Below are positions 61,559-64,000 of a DNA stretch of 64,000 nucleotides, piece after piece; positions within the stretch are counted from its first letter, which is position 1; every line of letters starts with the position of its first letter. Position numbers and translations under genes: made by a program. Location: contig NVWO01000001.1 in assembly GCA_002746255.1 (NCBI GenBank), forward strand, positions 97,198-161,197, in the 5' to 3' direction. The notes beneath the pieces are model-generated. The model did no database searches. It saw only the letters and a list, made by a program, of their open reading frames with translations, and was not told where the DNA came from. This DNA comes from Rhodospirillaceae bacterium. Lineage in GTDB: Bacteria > Pseudomonadota > Alphaproteobacteria > GCA-2746255.

Positions 61559-62557
61559 TTAAAACGTCACCGAAAGGCTGATGGCGCCGAACCGGTCCGC
61601 CTGGGACTGGCCGTGAAACTCACGCGTGCGGAAGATTTGGCTGAAGGTAATGCGAGCCCTGCGAAAGGTAAGCGCCACCCCGATCTGGAAATCGCCGACC
61701 AGGGTTTTCTTGGAAACGTCGTGGCTGTTGGAAAAGCTGTTGCCATCAAGAAAGATGTTGCGCGCGATCAGGCGGGTTTCGGCACCAGCAAAAAGATACC
61801 AGCCGAACCCATCCTGGGGCACGAAGAAGCCGGTGCCGGGCAGGGAAGGGCGAATGCGGGGCGGGCCATAATCGCTTGGCAGGTTTTCGCCAAGGCGGAT
61901 CGCGAAGCCGCTGGCCAAATAGGTAAACACGTTGCCGACGCTTCCCCCAACATGGGGTGTTAGGTCGATGCCCAGGCCGTGGGCGGAAAATTCTTTCAGT
62001 TTCCGCCACTTGCGCTCGAAATAGAGGACGACGCCGGGTTCGTTGCCGAGTTGATTGTCCCAGCCATTCGAACGGCTGACGCCGATCAACTCGTGGAAGC
62101 TGTTTTGAACGTGCCGTCCCAGGGACGCCGGCCCTACCATGCCGAGGTCAAGTTCGATGCTGTCCAGCCGTTGACCCGTATCGGAGACGAGGGAGAGCGA
62201 GGCATAAAGCCAGCCCGCATAGGGGCGATCCCCCGGGATAAGCGATCGGGCGTTCGTGTCTTCGGGTGTAAAGATACTTTGTCCCAGCCCATAGCCGATG
62301 CGCAACGTGCCGGATGTGGCAAAAAGGGGCAGGTGTCCGGCGATTTTCCGCGACCATTCCGGAACGTCATTAGCGGGCGAAAGCCAGGAAAGGCGCGTGC
62401 CGTGCGTGTAATGCCGGTCCGTGTTTACGAAGCGGTCGTTTTCGATCAGAAGGTTGTAAGTGCCGCGATCTTCCTCGGCGGTGGCGACGGAAGTTGCAAG
62501 CAAGAATGCGTAGCAGAGAAGAAAGACACCAGGCCCAATGCGCCGATTTTGCCTCAT
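61559..62557 (-). CDS. LpxR-like outer-membrane protein (DUF2219, lipid A deacylase family)
   Basis: Signal peptide followed by ENDRFVNTDRHYTHGTRLSW, typical of DUF2219/LpxR. 332 aa. Confidence 0.5.
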   Translation of the reverse strand: MRQNRRIGPGVFLLCYAFLLATSVATAEEDRGTYNLLIENDRFVNTDRHYTHGTRLSWLSPANDVPEWSRKIAGHLPLFATSGTLRIGYGLGQSIFTPEDTNARSLIPGDRPYAGWLYASLSLVSDTGQRLDSIELDLGMVGPASLGRHVQNSFHELIGVSRSNGWDNQLGNEPGVVLYFERKWRKLKEFSAHGLGIDLTPHVGGSVGNVFTYLASGFAIRLGENLPSDYGPPRIRPSLPGTGFFVPQDGFGWYLFAGAETRLIARNIFLDGNSFSNSHDVSKKTLVGDFQIGVALTFRRARITFSQIFRTREFHGQSQADRFGAISLSVTF

Positions 62558-62634
62558 CCGGTAATTTTAGACCATCCGACTGTCCGGGGGAAATCCCGTG
62601 TGGCTTTTCGCTGGCGTAGGGACGGCTTTCGTTT

Positions 62635-64000
62635 TTACTCCAGCACCCGGACGCTTGCCGGTTCACGAAAGGTCGGGCCAAGCAGTGGATGCGGCCCTGG
62701 TTTCAGGCAGAAGCCGACAAGGCTGCCCCGTGGCGGCAGGTCTTCTGTCTGCCAGGCGATCCAGGCGGAGCCGCTATGGCCTTTCCGCTGTTTTTCGTAG
62801 CCTTCAATGAGGATGGTTTCTGGTGGCAATTGCTTCAGCTTTTCCCAAAGGTGGACCTCGCGACGAAGCAGGGCTGTGAAATCCTGATGGCGTGGCTGTG
62901 GTGGAAAAAAGGTTAGGGGGGGATTGGCGCGCAGGGCAACAAGGGGAGATTCGCTGCCCAGGCGAAGCACGATCGGTATTTCCGCCTTGCCGCATGTCAG
63001 GCCCGGCAGGGCTTCGGCCTTCAGCTTTGGAAACAGGAAGGTGCCGGCAAGGGTGAGTGCCAGCAAGATGCCCGCCATGCCGATCAACTGGGCGGAAAGG
63101 CCGGGCGTTGCTGCTGGTATCGGGGGCGTTCTTTTTTGATTTCGCATCTGCCACGCGGCGATTGTCGAGAAGCCAAGGCAGACAAGAAACGCATCAAAAG
63201 GGATCGTTGCGGCATAGATACGGCTATCGACATCGGCAAGGAAGGGTGCCGATAGAACGGCACCTGCCGTTGCGGCAAGCAGGAAAAGCGCGTGGGGTTT
63301 CTGGCGATTGCGAAAAGCAGTCCATAGGCCGGTTAGCCAGAGGAGGATAAAAAATATGGCAAATGGCTTCGGCACGGGCAGGGAATAAGGCACAAAACCG
63401 AAAAGAACCTGGGCCATGTGCGGCAAGCCTTTTGCATAGCCGATGACGAAATCGAGGGGGTTTTCAACCATATGTTCGAAGGTAAGCATATAAATTTTCT
63501 GGGATACAATGCCTTCACCGCTCTGAAAAATGGCTGGGTAGTCGGTGTAGATCTGTTGCCAGCCTTTGCCGCCCACGGCAAGGCCATAGAGGGTATAGCT
63601 GAAATTCGAAAAGGGCATGGTTTCGTTGCTACCGGCATACCAATAAATTGCCTGGTTCAGGAGGATCGCGAGGAGAATGCCGACGAGAAATCCAAGCGCG
63701 CAGGTGATGGCCGTTCGGCGCTGGTGTCGAAAGGCAAAGCCGATCGCAAGGAAAAGAAACGGGATCACCAGAAAGGCGCCTGCCCGCGCCATCAGGCCTG
63801 TCATCAACAGCAGGCCCGCCGCCGCAAACCAGCCGGCATGCTTTTTTTCAATGGCCATCCAGAGAAAGGCAATTCCAAGAGCACCGAAAAGAAAGCCCGC
63901 GTTCTCGGTCATCGTGATTGGTGCATGCTCGTGGGCAAAGGAAAAGAGCAGGGCGAAAACAAGCAGGCCCGCGACGACGCCCATCTGGCGTGTGGCGACG
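62635..64000 (-). CDS. Polytopic membrane protein (glycosyltransferase-39/ArnT-like?), probably continuing beyond window end
   Basis: At least 10 TM helices with large loops. The first in-frame ATG is at 63984, only 16 nt from the window edge, so the N-terminus may be missing. Confidence 0.4.
   Translation of the reverse strand, partial: VATRQMGVVAGLLVFALLFSFAHEHAPITMTENAGFLFGALGIAFLWMAIEKKHAGWFAAAGLLLMTGLMARAGAFLVIPFLFLAIGFAFRHQRRTAITCALGFLVGILLAILLNQAIYWYAGSNETMPFSNFSYTLYGLAVGGKGWQQIYTDYPAIFQSGEGIVSQKIYMLTFEHMVENPLDFVIGYAKGLPHMAQVLFGFVPYSLPVPKPFAIFFILLWLTGLWTAFRNRQKPHALFLLAATAGAVLSAPFLADVDSRIYAATIPFDAFLVCLGFSTIAAWQMRNQKRTPPIPAATPGLSAQLIGMAGILLALTLAGTFLFPKLKAEALPGLTCGKAEIPIVLRLGSESPLVALRANPPLTFFPPQPRHQDFTALLRREVHLWEKLKQLPPETILIEGYEKQRKGHSGSAWIAWQTEDLPPRGSLVGFCLKPGPHPLLGPTFREPASVRVLE

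Overview
GC-rich chromosomal segment with alphaproteobacterial (Rhodospirillales-like) gene content and order. (1) 1-22.6 kb is a conserved core block: tolB-pal-cpoB-tilS-ftsH-folP-glmM-thiD, a convergent SLC13-type transporter, serC-serA, hisZ-purA, a kinase-fold protein, rpoH, rluD and a JAMM-motif protein, ending in tRNA-Glu(CTC). (2) 22.65-43.82 kb is a lower-GC integrative island of about 21 kb inserted into the 3' end of tRNA-Glu and bounded by an 18-bp direct repeat. It carries two tyrosine recombinases, a putative Rep_trans-like initiator, a tight three-gene operon (NucS-like PD-(D/E)xK protein / unknown / exonuclease I homolog), an XRE+Fic pair, a complete translationally coupled type I R-M operon hsdM-hsdS-(nuclease-like ORF)-hsdR flanked by ~100-bp imperfect direct repeats, a GHKL-ATPase + STAS-like + membrane-protein operon, and an IS3-type transposase fragment. 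(3) 43.8-46.5 kb is a small accessory remnant (DUF4238-like and others). (4) 46.5-64 kb returns to core and envelope genes: cfa, an ICDH/IPMDH-family dehydrogenase, two DUF1329 paralogs, a SprT-like protein, a methyltransferase, a CHASE2 histidine kinase - FecR-like - ShlB/FhaC-type cluster, HPF, an LpxR-like protein and a membrane protein that runs off the window. No CRISPR array, rRNA or phage structural genes were seen. The best candidates for undescribed systems are the nuclease/unknown/ExoI operon and the GHKL-STAS-membrane operon, both inside the island. All functional calls rest on motif and family recognition by eye; no database search could be run.
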